Part shown: one piece after another, positions 35,794 to 49,492 of the stretch
Position numbering within the stretch: position 1 is the first letter of the stretch
How the letters are laid out: each line of letters begins with the position of its first letter
The notes under the pieces: model-generated
What the model was told of the DNA's origin: nothing
Databases searched by the model: none
Seen by the model: the letters and a program-made list of their open reading frames with translations, nothing else
NCBI GenBank assembly: GCA_002633005.1
Contig: NMRA01000682.1
Coordinates: 144,148-208,147 of the forward strand
Source of the DNA: Phoronis australis
Lineage: Eukaryota; Animalia; Phoronida
Reading direction: 5' to 3'
DNA length: 64,000 bases
Made by a program: the position numbers and the translations under genes

Positions 35794-37867
35794 GGGGAAT
35801 GCCACCCATAAACAACCTATTTTGCATCAATTTAAATCGAGTAGTTCCACACCATAACAGCAAGAAGGGTTCTTTTACCTGACGGCAGACGGAAGTGTTG
35901 AAATTAACCAATGACGTCAGAGGTTCGAGTGAGATGTGCTCAGCAGTGGCAACACGCTTACTGGTGTCAACTTTTTAATTGACTCATCGTTTTAAACAAA
36001 TAAACCATCAAGATTCGTTGTAAAACCTTTACGTGTTGTTTTATTTCACTGATACGAATTTATAGGTATTTGAACGCACTGTAGCCTACAATGTTCGGCA
36101 GGCAAACCAAGGTCTGTCGATGGAGTTTGGAACCTGTTTGGTGATAAATTCGACTTATCCTTCCGTGTGTTGTAATTTTAGACTTGCGGTCTTTTCAGTT
36201 CTAAACACACACGGCGCTTTCTTATACCGGCCAGTGGCTCGAAACCCGATCAGGCCCATTGCGGCTGGACTGAATACATCACGAACATAAACCAGCCAAA
36301 GTTCGAAACTAAACTAAAAGAGTAAATTAGTGAGCCAAACAATATGCACGTGATTATTCTGGTGAATTAGCCACGAAACTGACGAAACTGAAAATCTACT
36401 TACTGGCAGGGGCCGCGAAGCCAGGTTACCTTTCCGCAGAACCGTCAGGGAAAAGTTGTCAAGTAATAATGATTGGAATAATATATATCTAAGTAAAGAT
36501 TCCCCTAACATCTAACCATAGGATATAAAAACGAGTTATTGTGTCACATCAGCTTTCTGTCAGCAATCATTGCATTAGTATGCGCTCATACGTCCTCGGT
36601 GCCCAGTCAATTAGTGCTATTTGCACCTAAAACCGGTAGGCCTAACTCATTGATTTATTCATTACGGGATTCTCAGAAAATTTGCACTCAGGAACACTCC
36701 AAAAGAATTACACGTTGTATCTAATGAGACGGGCATTGTTTCATTTTTATAGAAGCATTGGTTAGGGTGAGAAACAGAACCCACAGTCATAAACGTTAAC
36801 ATCGAAACTCGCAATCCCGACTTAGAGGGCCCTCTTGGAAAGCAGTGCTATCACTGAAGAGGCCACCCTCATTTTAAATATCACAATAATAAATAAATAA
36901 ATAAATAGACGAGTGCTAATCCGACGAAGACTTCACAGGTGGATCGTTGGGTTTCACGAACTATCAAGAAATACTACAGAGGCACTGTGAACGTGCACAG
37001 ACTACGCAACATATGGATAGTTCTAAAAACCTTTTGAATGACTTGTCATGGTGTCAGTGCGCCAACTGCTCGATAATCCAGGAAACGATTGACGCTTGCG
37101 TTCGCTGCCATGAAATTCTGCAAGTGAAACGCCTTCTTGGAGAAACGCAGATGTGACTAACGGACCATCCTGATTTTGCATCGCAGGCCAAACAGAGATG
37201 TGCTTACGATGTTCTTAGGGCTGACAAAAGTAACTGCCGAAAACATCCTACATACCAAGGACCAAACAGAAGCCTGAAGAACGGGTAGCTTAAGTCGTCA
37301 CATAGGTTATATAAAACGCTATGTCCTTGACTTGAATTAAGTGCAATTGTTTATGTTTTCAAGATCAACTACAATTCTCCATAATCAAAAACTGGCGAAC
37401 AGCTGATCAGAGTTTCTTTTCTCCTACCTCTTAACGCTAACACACTAGCCACAGCATCTGACTTCAGCCTCAGTCTCTTTCTATGCCCTGGCATGAGCTG
37501 TTTGGTAAGGTGGCGTTGGTCAGTGAAATCACTGTCGACGAAATGCCGGTCACAGACACGGAGCCTGTTCCACGGTTTCATACTTGGAATTCACTGCCGC
37601 GAGCCACTTCCGAGGCATTATAGACTCTCGAGAAAATCGATTAAACGATTTAACCGCTTTCCTCGCACAAGCTGGAACGATGAGACCACACCATAACGGC
37701 ACTCACTCTGCATAAGAACCGCTGACGTCGCTGCGTCGCTTCTCACCTTCCTTTTAGCTTAACGCGACACTTCTCGGCGAGGTAAGATCGACCGTATAAG
37801 AGGTAATGTGGATATAGACCGATTACGACGGTAAAAAATAATAGTGAAATCGGGAAGCATTCTCCTT
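35794..37867 (-). mobile_element. Kolobok-like DNA transposon, internally deleted (THAP ORF on minus, P2X7-C-terminus-like Cys-rich ORF on plus)
   Basis: TTAA on both sides (35790-35793 and 37868-37871); imperfect TIRs GGGGAATGCCACCC and GGAGAATGCTTCCC. THAP motifs LRVCDRHFVDSDF...LRLKSDAVASV. Convergent ORF with WCQCANC...ACVRCHEI...DHPDF. Confidence 0.7.
36826..36906 (+). mobile_element. very short 5'-truncated LINE 3' end with (TAAA)n tail, inserted in the Kolobok-like element
   Basis: Stem-loop agggccctctt...aagaggccaccct plus aataataaataaataaataaat; absent from the homologous position in the 49493 and 7751 copies. Confidence 0.55.
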
Positions 37868-40800
37868 TTAACACTACAGCGTACCATGCGTAGCTCAGTT
37901 TACTGCAATTGCGCAGAAGATTAATCCACAAATTTGTTACGCGATTATATGTTGATCTTACAAAAATTGTTTAGGATCAGTAGTCTGTTTTCGCCTAAAG
38001 ACCATTTACATTTATTCACACGCGCGCAAGTCGCGTATGAATTCTGTTGTGCACATTGAGGTGGATTGCTCTAAAACCCCTTCGTCCGCCGCACCCCTCT
38101 ACCCCCTCGATCCACGACTCCCATGACCCACAACCCCTCGACCCAGTCTACACAAGCACGACTCAATCTCAACATAGAACAAGCGCTGACTCACATGTAC
38201 AACGAGTCGGCTTGTAAGTTAGGCTCGTTTTCCCTGTTTTTGCAATTAAGAGAATCGATTCGGACAGTTTGAAAGCCAAAACAGAGAAAAAAAAACAATG
38301 CAACCAAATGAAATCAAAGACCTATCAATTGTACAAATGTCGTTCCCGGCAGAGCGTAATCATCTCGTCTGCTCTTCAGTGAATAGCAGAATCAAGGTTT
38401 TTTGGGAGAGTTCGATCGAGGAACCGACGAATATGTAATTTCTTCAGCAAAGCAGTTGGAAAAAATAATAACAGAAAATATCGCAATGTGATATGGAGTA
38501 CGCCCTCTATTGTAAACGAGTATACAACAGAAAGCAAATAATCAAAATGTGAAATTATGTACATTCACGTTGATCTAAACTCTCCCTAAGTTCAGTAGAA
38601 CAGGGCCATTGGTAAGCCGTCATGGAACTATTTCCGTGGCAATTGCTGGATTACGTGAGCTTTTCAGATGAACACAGTGAGAGAGCTGGAGTACATATAT
38701 GTAAACATTGGTTTGCCAACTTTCTCCCCTTACTCGCGCTGACATATTGATAACAACACGGCTGTATCCCGACTAGGCAATCACTGATATCGGGATATCC
38801 TACAACGCTGGTGTGTAACGGTATAAGACTATAAATAATATGGCACGGCTTAATGTGAGTCAGTTAGGTTATAGTAGAGTTGAGAATTGAGCTAGATTTG
38901 AGGAAAATTTTAGTTGAAGTTAATTTGAGTTGAAGTTGAAGTTATGACAGAGATTAGATACAGCAGGTTATTGAACCAAAGATTGTAACATTTGCTAGAA
39001 GTGCCTTTGGATTTCGTCACAAGTCAATAAATGTATATGATATTTTAACTCATTGTACAAAATGATACATTTTGTTAACGTTTTTAGTTTGTTTATTTAA
39101 GAACAGTTACAGATTTAAAAGGATACTAAACCCTATTTTGATGACTTCCACCAATCCTCGTTCCGTCACCTTGTTATGAATCATTGGCTTCAATTGTGAA
39201 ACCCAAAGGCAGGAATCAACTAAAAACTCAAGCTCTATATCTCATAAATTGGATATTACTACAGTCCTTGACGGGAAGTCTTTTCCACAGTTTTCTGTAA
39301 TTCGCTAAAAGCGTAGGTCACGCTTGACCATTTAGCAGACATTGAAAGTTTTCAAATTTGCCTCCATACTTTTAAGGCTTGTTGAGGGTTACAGAGCTTT
39401 ATTTTGTTTCAGAGAACTCGATGCTAACGTTGCTCTTAGTATATGTTAACAGGCCAAGTCCGGGTTTGGTATCCTCTTAAGGGAAGCTGGTTTAATCCTC
39501 TTGGAATATTATGTAATCTAAAGCTGATATTAATAAAAAACAACCACGGTTTTAAGTCGACTTGACATGTTTCGGTGTCATTTATTCACACAAGACCATC
39601 AGAAGAGAGATATTCAATGGCCACCTAGATAGGCTCAGCAACAAGTAGTGAAGCCCAGATACAGTCCGTTATAGGGAGTGACAATGTACTAGACCAACAA
39701 TGACAACCTGTGTTGTGCCAGTTGCCTATTGAGATTGTGCTTGCACCAACTGATGTTTTAAGCCTCACGAATTTTAAGCTCCTTTGTTGTTGCTGCCTGG
39801 TCTATTATTGCAAAGTCAATGAAAGAGCATTACTGCTAACAATGATTGGAGCTCTGTAGATGAATATTTACATGTGAACTTCTGTCAGAATTTAGATGTT
39901 CATTGGTCCTGATTTTCAAATGGCGAACAGTTTCGCCCATATAACTGTTCTAAAGATTGCTGAATTTGGTTAAATGTGGGTATCACAACCAGTCAATAAA
40001 TTAACATATTGAATGCACAAAAGAAAACCTTTGCAAAGTATTTTATTTTAAATAGCAAAAAAATCCTCACATTTAAGAACGGTATTTTTATGTCTCATTC
40101 AGAAATGTTTTGATTGCCCTCTTGCCGTTGCCCACAGACGTTAAGGGCGGTAGCCAAGGTTCTCTTCGTTCACAGTTCACCAACTGGTGATTCTACGTTC
40201 ACAATAAGTCGGCGTTTTTTCAGTCGTATATTAAGTGCCGTAGCATAATTAATTCTGGTCATATCTTTGTTCGTGTTTTTTTAAACGGAAGCATCTACCC
40301 CTGAGAGGAAATCGGCGTATGGTGAACACTCAACAGTGACGCTTATTCGAAATTTGGAAATATATTCCACAAACGCGGGCTTCTCAGTTTCATGCAGACG
40401 GTGAATCCATGTCGGCATGTCTAAAGAGCCAAATTGTGTCAAACGCGAGACAAAAGGGTCCATTACCTTTGATTCTTACTAGAGTAGACACAGGGCACTA
40501 CGTGGTCCAATTTGATAACACAGTAAGGCTTTCTTTTTACTTTAATCTTGTTAATTATAGAGTCATAGTATGGCAGGAAACACGAACGTTGGGTTGATAA
40601 AAAGCAGACACTTCAGTTAAAACTTTCTTAATAAAGAAGACGTGAAAGATTTGGAACCTTTATCAGCATCGGGAGCTTTTTGATGTAAATGCTCATCAAA
40701 TCAACAGGAGACAATTTCAGAGGTAAGGAAAGCAAAAGTTAATTAGTCGGACGCAGCTAGCTCCGTTCAATTCATGATTAAACTGCTTCTGTAAAAAATG

Positions 40801-41154
40801 CAGACACTGGACGGGCAAACGGACGGACGCACGGTCAGACAGACAGATATGGATTTAAGATGCACCTGAATGCAGGTGCATAACATTAAAGACCTGGTTG
40901 CGTTAACATAATTTCTCGGGCAGAAATTCCATATATCGCTTCGAATTGATTTGTTCATTAATGTTCACAAAATAGCTGATACTCAAATTATTAGGAACTT
41001 AAAAATAAGTCACACCAAACCATATAACTTAAAAACGCTATACACTCACTTTCCATCACAAAACACGCAACAGTGGTCGCACGTGGTATTTATCAAAAGT
41101 TCACCTCATGGGCAGAACTCGGGGTTTATACTAATACTAATACTACGCACTTAC

Positions 41155-41303
41155 CATCATCAAACGTTACACGTAGCTTCACTTCTGTCCCAGCAGCTAC
41201 CGCGACTGTGGTCGAATAAATTTTGTTATTGTCCGAATCATCAACGATCTGCAGTGTCAGCACTGGTATGGTTTGTTTCGCAGTGACATCATCGAATGCT
41301 TCC
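41155..41303 (-). CDS. ZP-domain protein exon (internal hydrophobic patch, start of ZP-C)
   Basis: Acceptor tcttcag, donor gtaagt; 149 nt, phase 2 to 1. Encodes EAFDDVTAKQTIPVLTLQIVDDSDNNKIYSTTVAVAAGTEVKLRVTFDD. Confidence 0.85.
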
Positions 41304-44300
41304 CTGAAGATGAGCACGATAAAGTTCAGTTATCTCCTGGCATAAATTCGGCAGGAGAAAAGATTGTGTCAAACACCGTCAAAGAAAAACTGACACAACG
41401 GTAGGTCAGTAGGTTGGTATAAGGATAAACATATAGGCCTATGTATTAATGCTAAGTATCAGTCCACGGCCCCACCTACCACAGTACACCCAACAAGCGG
41501 TAAAGTATAACACCACAAAGTTTGGTGGTTTAGGAGATACAAGGGTTGTCTTCTTGGGGGGGGGGGCAAAATGAGACGATTTCTTGAAGCGGAATGAGTC
41601 ATTTTACTAGATAAATTACTAGATTTGTTAATCTAACTCATTGAAAACCAAACTAAAACATACAATATGCAACTTCGGTTACATCGAAGAAGTTATTGTC
41701 AGGGGCCACTGTTATCATCAACAATTACAAGGTAGTGTCATCGCTAAAAGCTGCTCATATTTTGCTCGAATGGTCATTAATCGAACTAGAAATAGGTTTT
41801 GTGTCAATTAACACATGCCAATGTTCTCAAATTTTCACATTAAAAAGTCCTGGTGTACAAGTGTTGCATCTGTACTACGCTGCGATTTCTTCGCTGACAA
41901 CATCGTAAGCTACAGTTTCCTTAGACATCCAAAGCTGGTACGTGTGTATAAACGGTTCAATTAACATCGCAAATTCATTTCGACATTCTGCTCAGACCGC
42001 AATGAATTACAAAAGGGCTTTTCGATCGATTTCAACTAGCAAAACAATTTAGCAGTTGGTGTAAAGAATTGTGGCTGGAGGGGGGAGACGTTTGTAGGAT
42101 GTGTTAGGGACTTCACCTGTCGGCTTAGAATAATGCTGTCTTAGTTACAAATTTTGCCTTCTGGTAATTAAATCAAAGTTGTTTTAAGCATAAAGATGTG
42201 ACAAATTGACTGAAAGTACATTCTTAAATTTTGTAATTGTTCCTGGTAAAATAAGTCAAATTGTATTTAAACCCTCCTTCGTCATCTGTACTTTCAGAAT
42301 GAGTGTGGTATAGACAACGTCCTCTACAAACTTCTTTGCACGAGTCCCAGACTGGTCATCACCTGAAGAAACCTTGAGGTATTGTTTCATTCATTCCCTT
42401 AATATCTCATGTAGTGACATTTCACATTTTATTCAACCCACAGCTCACAATCATATACAAAGATATCACTGTTTCGTTTACAGAATAAACATTACTTGTT
42501 TAAAGCATGTTCAATTTCTACTCAGTGATTCACCCAGGATTTCGAAAATATGGTGTCCAAAATCTGGTTCCCAATATTTCGGATTGTCCGTGATTCCGAC
42601 GACGCATTACACCTACCAGCGTGCACCAGCAACCCCCACACAGTGATTTTTTACAAAAATACGTAGATCAAAGAATTTACATCTGCGTTTTCAAAATAAC
42701 CCCATGTAGCGAGCTTTTTTACTAAAAAAATGCTTGGACCTAGACTTTTACACCTAAACTTCTGAATACAGACAAGCTGCTTACCAGACAAATATTAGAG
42801 ATATTTTGAAAGTATGAGTGCACTTCGTTGATGATGGTGTCACTGATGTTCCATATTAAAACATGAAAATGCACATTGAAATGCACGAAACAGTGTTTCA
42901 TTTGAGTTATTTATATTAGGTTTGTGTAAACCGTACTTTAGTGTGAAGTTTTTATTCTAATGTATCAGTGCTTTGGAGGATGTTAAGTTGAGCAAAGAAC
43001 AGTTGTAATGTAATTAATTTACATGTGAAAATTTTAAACTCGCTTACAACTGTAGTATAAATGCAAGCTAACTCCAGCTGCTTGTTGAAATTCTGTGCAT
43101 CATTTTGGGATGGGGAGCAATCACGATTTCTAAAAACCTTATTTTGAAAATTTGCCCTTTTACGATTCCATCTGTCGATTCAATGTCGCTGTTTCAGCTT
43201 CATATATACTCGTCTGAGTTTCCAGTGTAGAGGCCTCAGAATGAATTTTAAACTAAATGTCTTCTTACAAATGCCACTATTGTCATATTGCAGGGATTCA
43301 GAGCTGTTGTTCACTTTTGTCCTTATCTTCTTTGTCACCTACATCCTCACAATCTGGATCAAACTTTTGTGTCTGCTCTTGTAAAGACTCTATGCTCTAT
43401 TTGAATTAAAAGTAGATATAGGCATGCCTTATATCACGAAAACCAACTGTTCATTTAGACCATGTACCATTAGTATGATATTGATCTCGAATTGTTCCTT
43501 GATAATAAAAGGTGTGAATTTTGGGCTTGAAAATCTCCATCAACTTGTTACTACTTGAGAGTTTCTTTAGGTTGACGAGTCACAGCATGCCATTTCATTC
43601 ACCTGGCATGGTCAAAATCATAATGAACTGACTGTTCTTTGCAAGACCAAAACGTATTTCTCATCTGAATGAGGAAGGCGCTTAAAGTCAAAAGTTAAGT
43701 TGCGCGGATAACATGGTTTATAGCCGCAGTAATTCTTCTGTGAAAATGCAACTCTACATGTATTCTCTCTCAATGTAGGTTTCTTACTGCTTGTTGAAAG
43801 ACGATAATAGTATGACCATTGTTTGAGCTTGATAAAACAGTTGTGTGGTAACATATTCATACAACGGCTCCTGAGTAGCACCATGTTGCCATGAGTTCAA
43901 TTTCTTGTCTTAGAACTCTAGGATCCACTTAAACCATAAAGTATTCTGCAATAGCCATCAAAAGTTATAATGCGATGAAGATTTATACAAAGAGTCAAAT
44001 GGCAATCCGTGCATTAGTTCTTGCACCATCTTTCTAATTGCAACCTCTTACACTTGTTGATACTAACATACAGTTGGTGGTATAGATACATCTATCATTA
44101 CTCGTACCCAATGTTGGTTTCCTTTGCCATGTATCTTTGGTTTTAGTGTTGCAGTGTTCAATTGTATTGTAACTTATCACAATATTTTACGCTTACAGGC
44201 TACATAGGTACTTCAGTGATAAATCCAAGAGTAATGCTGTCGAGGATTAAGAAAGGCCTATATTCCAATGCCACCAGTGTCCATTAGTATTTGCTTGAGA

Positions 44301-45295
44301 GAAAAACAAGGCGTGCTCAAACTTGACACATGACTTGCAGGGGCCACCCAGTTCATTGCTTTAACGATCAATGGTTTTGCAATGACAACAAATGTTATTT
44401 GATCTATCAAAAGAAACTATCACTGCTTCAGTGAACATTTGACAATAATTTTAAAGTTACCTTTGCACACTAGCTTGACGTGGATATAGACTGTTGTCAG
44501 TACCAAAAGGACACGGCTATATTTTTAATCTCACTCATTTACCGTACAGCATATCAATCTGACATTCTACTTTTTATATATGTAAACTGACAATCCTTGA
44601 CCACTGTTTGCATACATTGTACATTTGACTCCAAAACTGTGATATAGTACCTGCTCTGTTATTGAAGTGTTCATGTAACTTGGTTCATGTTGAGTCTATC
44701 AACCATCATCATCTGCTTTTGTTGATCCACGTGGTTGTTTGAAGTGACTACGTAATTAAAATAAATGTGTCCATGACTTCAAACGTATGTTGATTAATTA
44801 CATGTCATGCAGCAACTCTTGTTTGCAATTACATTTCTGTTCTGTTGAGAATTACTGCAGTGGGATGCATTTGATATTATACAGGTTAAACTTCGGTAGT
44901 GAAAATCCATTTTGTTCATTAATGTGATTATGTCATTGCTGTAAAAGCTGCTATAAACCTGCTTTCCTTAGATTAAACCAACTCTTGATTTTGACTATTT
45001 ATTGCCTTGGCCCATTCCTTACTCAAAGTACAAGTGATTCTTGGAATTAAAAAGAACTGACAGTTCGTTATATCTCAAACCTCAGTTGCCTTGAAACAGC
45101 TTGTCATTTTCTGTAGGTGAATTTGTTACAAGCCAAGAAACCCATCCTCACCTGGGTAAAGAATCTTATTGATAGGTCTGACGGGAAAAAGGGTGTAAAT
45201 TAAAAGTTACTTTATTGTTGATGGAATGTTGGTTTGTAGCAACTTTATCAGTTCTGTTTCATCACATTTAAGTCTTCATCCGATTTTCAGTATGA

Positions 45296-45463
45296 AAAAT
45301 AATAATAATAATAATAATAACTTTTTAAGTAAATTTTATAATAATAATAATAAATTTTTAAATAAAGTTTGTTAAACATTATATTATTATTATTATTACA
45401 AACTTTATTTAAAAAGTTATCATTATTATTATAATTATTAATATTATAATAATAATAATAATA

Positions 45464-45522
<59 letters not shown>

Positions 45523-45540
45523 TAGTAGTAGTATTATTAT
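45296..45540. repeat. (AAT)n/(ATT)n compound microsatellite with internal inverted segments
   Basis: Seen directly. Confidence 0.9.
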
Positions 45541-45979
45541 GAAACCAAGAAATGGTATTGGGAATAAATTTTGTTTATTAGTACCACAAAGAAATCACAA
45601 TTATCTGAGTACTAAGTAGTAGACAAAACAAATATATGCATTACACACATGAAATATGGTGCCTGAGTACATAAAATAATTTGTTTGACAGTAAGCAAAG
45701 TAGATAAAGCAGTACGATTGTGACATAACCTTGCATTGCGAAAGTATGTTGGGGTAGGAGCCTTTTGTTGTAGTTGGTACCTTTGTCGAAGGCCAGCACA
45801 TCATTACAGTAGACTCTTGCCAGTTCCTCATTTATGACGAAGAAAGCAAAAAAAAGCCTGATTCAAAAATAAAAATGAAATTTTATTCATAGCCATGTAT
45901 AAGAGAAAAAATCCTTCATTAACTAGACAAGTTTACTTCAAAAGATGTATACCGTATAGAATGCGAACAGTTCGTCCCG

Positions 45980-46125
45980 TCAGCACGCCATCTTTCTGGT
46001 CACATCACGTGACCTAATGAATGTAAGTCCGAAAAGATTTCTGCCCCAGACAGGGACGGGGGCAGAAATCTTTGGATTGACATTCATTAGGTTACGTGAT
46101 GTGACCAAAAATATGGCGTGCTAAG
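45980..46125. mobile_element. foldback pair of SINE bodies (family of 33258-33378)
   Basis: agcacgccat...gtcacatcacgtgacctaatgaatg...agatttctgcccc and its reverse complement, separated by about 10 nt. Confidence 0.7.
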
Positions 46126-48125
46126 GGGAAAAACATGTCTTTCTGAAGAAGATATATTTATACATACCTTATAGAATGTACTATAGGCAATCCATTGTTA
46201 TGGTTATTTTGGTACTTATATTTAAATTTCAGATAAACAATAAACAAAACCCAAATAACGAATGTGTTTTATTGTTTTTTGTTTGGTTTGACTAAAATCG
46301 GACCTGATCATGAATCTTCCAATAATCCATAGATAGGCTTAAATGAATATTCATGTCACAGGCGTACTGTCAGGGCCGTAATAATGTTTCCACTTCACAA
46401 TTGCCAAGTAAAGGTTTAGTCCAGTTATCATTAATACCTAATAGCCTGGAAATAATTTGTTAACTTTTTTCAGTAAGTAACAATTATGAGCATGTTTTTA
46501 GCTAATTTATTTATTTATTTGCTAAATCGAGTTTTGGGTATTTGTCTGAAACATTAATGTTGAGTGCAAGACCAAATCTCCGCAGCCAGAGCTTTATAAG
46601 GAAAATGATAAAATGTTATTAAAAGTGTCATGTCAGCAGTGTTTTCTTTCACAGAGACACACGTGTGCATAATGAGGGGGCTTAACTGGATTTCCAAAAC
46701 TGTCTTGATAAGAAATACTCACAAGCATAAGCAAAATACAGGTGACAGATTGCTTCTTATAGATCTTTTCAGTGTAGTGGACACTGCTTAGCTTCTGCCA
46801 CAGTAACACCCTAATGACAATTGCAGCTGGTGATACCCACCACCCCAGTGAGTATGGAAACAGCAAGTTGCATACAATGCCCTCATCCTCAGACATACTT
46901 ACAGTATGTGAGGCTGAAAAAAAACACATTAATTTTGAGTTTTAGTTTAAACATGACCTCAACATGAAGAGAAATATTGTTTTCAACAACATTCTTGTTG
47001 GTGTCAGCATAGCTGCAAACTTTTTGTTGTTCTTCACAAAGCCAGTGATCCACTATTAATGAAGTTTTAAGACAGTATAATTTCAGAATTTCATGTGTCA
47101 TATTTTAGTGATACATAGCAAATGTATTTTATTACATGTTTTCAGTTTTGTTACATGTACCTATAAAGCTTGTGTTATTACTGATGAAAGAAAACAATAA
47201 TAATGACTTAACACAAAAGTTATGTAGAATCGGTTCTATTGAGTTAAGAAACGAGAGCTCCAAGCATACCTGCATGTGAAGAGACCGAACATCAATTGCC
47301 ACCTAAGCCTATTCCTCTGCACATGGCTCAGTACTCCAATCATGTTGTCACTGTAGCTTAAGTATTGTTGTACAGTTATTGTTGGTGAAGTGGTGATGCA
47401 CACTACGACGAACCTTTAAAAACATGATAATCACATAAATGCCAATCTGAGAAGTACATTTATAATTGATCAATACATTCCATAGGACACACATTTACGC
47501 AAAAGTGTGAGTGTACCAGAAATTGAAACTTCAGAGTTTAGCTGTTTCTAGACTGATTAAGTTAGTTCCTGTGTTAACTTACCAATACTGATGCTAGAAG
47601 TCTGTAACAACTGACATTCAAGGAAGATAGATGATTTTCGAAGCACTCTTTAGACCCTCGGCTATGTAAAGTGATGCATTGTGTTCTTGATAAAGTGAGT
47701 CTGCAAGGGCCTAGTCGCACACTCAAATTCCAAGAAAGGGTACATTAGTTAAAAGAAAGCACTGTCATTAACCTTCCCCTGTCCCTATCCCTTTTATTTA
47801 CCCAATGGAAACCATACAACTGATAATACAAGGTGTAACCTGCTCGACCTTTTGCCTTTGAGAAGGTCCCATAAATAGTACATTGTCCTGTAACGATGTG
47901 ACCACTCCCCGTGTCCTGCAATTTGAGAACCAGATTTCTTCACTGAATAACAGGCATCATATTTGTTGCATCCCATTCCCAACCATGGTTTTGTATGATC
48001 TCGGTTTTCTCGAAACAAGCTTCAGCCTAGCAACACTTCCCAAGTTTGCTTGCATTCAATCCAAGGCTTCATCACTGATCCAGTGGTTTGTGTTCAAGTT
48101 GACTACATGTAGCTAGCTGACTAGT

Positions 48126-48541
48126 CAGTGGTGGACTAAGAGGTGGGGGGCTATGGCCTCCCTAAAATTCTCCCAGCTCCCATTTGGCAGTTTGGGGGTG
48201 CAAATGTTTGTCGAATTAAATCCTGGCTAATACTCTGCCCTGTTCCCCCAACTCAAAATCCTGGGTCTGCCAAAGGGCGAATCCAGGATTTTGAGTTGGG
48301 GGGCAGGGCACAGGAATAACCAGAATTTCGCGACATGTGCGCGCCCAGCCTGATGTAGGTATGCGGGGTCTCAAATTTTCGGGTTTGTGGACCTTATTAC
48401 TAAAAAAAGACATAAACGGTAAACGGGGTTTGTTCAAGGGGCATATGCTAGTCAGCAATTCGCACCCGGACTGCCAAATGGTATCTGGGAGAATTTTAGG
48501 GGGGCGTGGCCCCCTTGGCTCCTTCTTAAATCCGCCAATGT
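48126..48541. mobile_element. two adjacent, oppositely oriented copies of the GC-rich MITE family
   Basis: 48126-48272 forward; 48273-48541 is a longer reverse copy ending in aatccgccaatg. Confidence 0.7.
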
Positions 48542-49492
48542 GCCCTGCTAGTACAATATACAAGTAGAGTATATATAGTCCCTGGTGATAGACGATGCTT
48601 TTCTTATGGCAATGAAAAACCACGAATAATTTTGCAAGTCAAGTATAAAGTCTGAAAACTGCCAGGAGATAGAAATTCAACTCACGACCATCGAGTGACA
48701 AACAGGGTGTATCCAACCACAAATACATTACACTCTTTTTCGGTCATAGCATTGATAGGCCTAGGGCTAGGGCTAGCCTTGGTACAAATCTGTATACTAA
48801 ACATGCTACCCTGGCTGTGTGAATTTCGGGGTCTATTGAAAAAAAAACACAGCGGTACACACAGTGTACCAATATACAGCCACCTGACTGGCTACGGTAC
48901 CACTGCAGACTCGACCAGAGCACAACGATTACTATCGAATTCAGTACGTAATTTTCCCTCAGGTAATGTTGTCATCTAATTCCAATCGTAATAGTTAGAC
49001 TGTTCAACTCATACAGGGAGCAATATCGTCATCAAATTTTTTAAGAAACGAATAAATTACCTGGTTAAGGCGAACTTCTCTTCTTCGAAGCAGTACCGGA
49101 TACAGCTGACTATTTGTCTGCAGTTGCCGAAAGGTCAAACCGCACAGCATTATGGCCAAACTTCGTTTGTTTTGATCACACAGAATTTAAGAAAATAAAG
49201 ATAAAAGAAAACAAAACTATGTGCAGGCAGCATATCGACCCCATACTTACGAAAAGTTCTAATTAAGTGTCAGAGAGTATGTTTCAATGCTTTTTATGCA
49301 GATTCACGATGTTTTTAAAACGTCTAAAAACGGATCATGTGACTTTAAGGCTCTGTTGTTTTCAATTTGGTCGATCCCTATAGCCTATGACTGGGGACGT
49401 GCAACAAAAGATATTACCAATACAGCTGATTGAATATAACTGTTAATTTTCAGGGATATGCAGAAGCTGCCAGACAAAACGGGCTGACTTAA

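Noticed and set aside
46720-46912. minus-strand segment with acceptor-like and donor-like ends inside a ZP intron
   Set aside because: The flanking ZP exons already join in phase, and the peptide has no ZP similarity.
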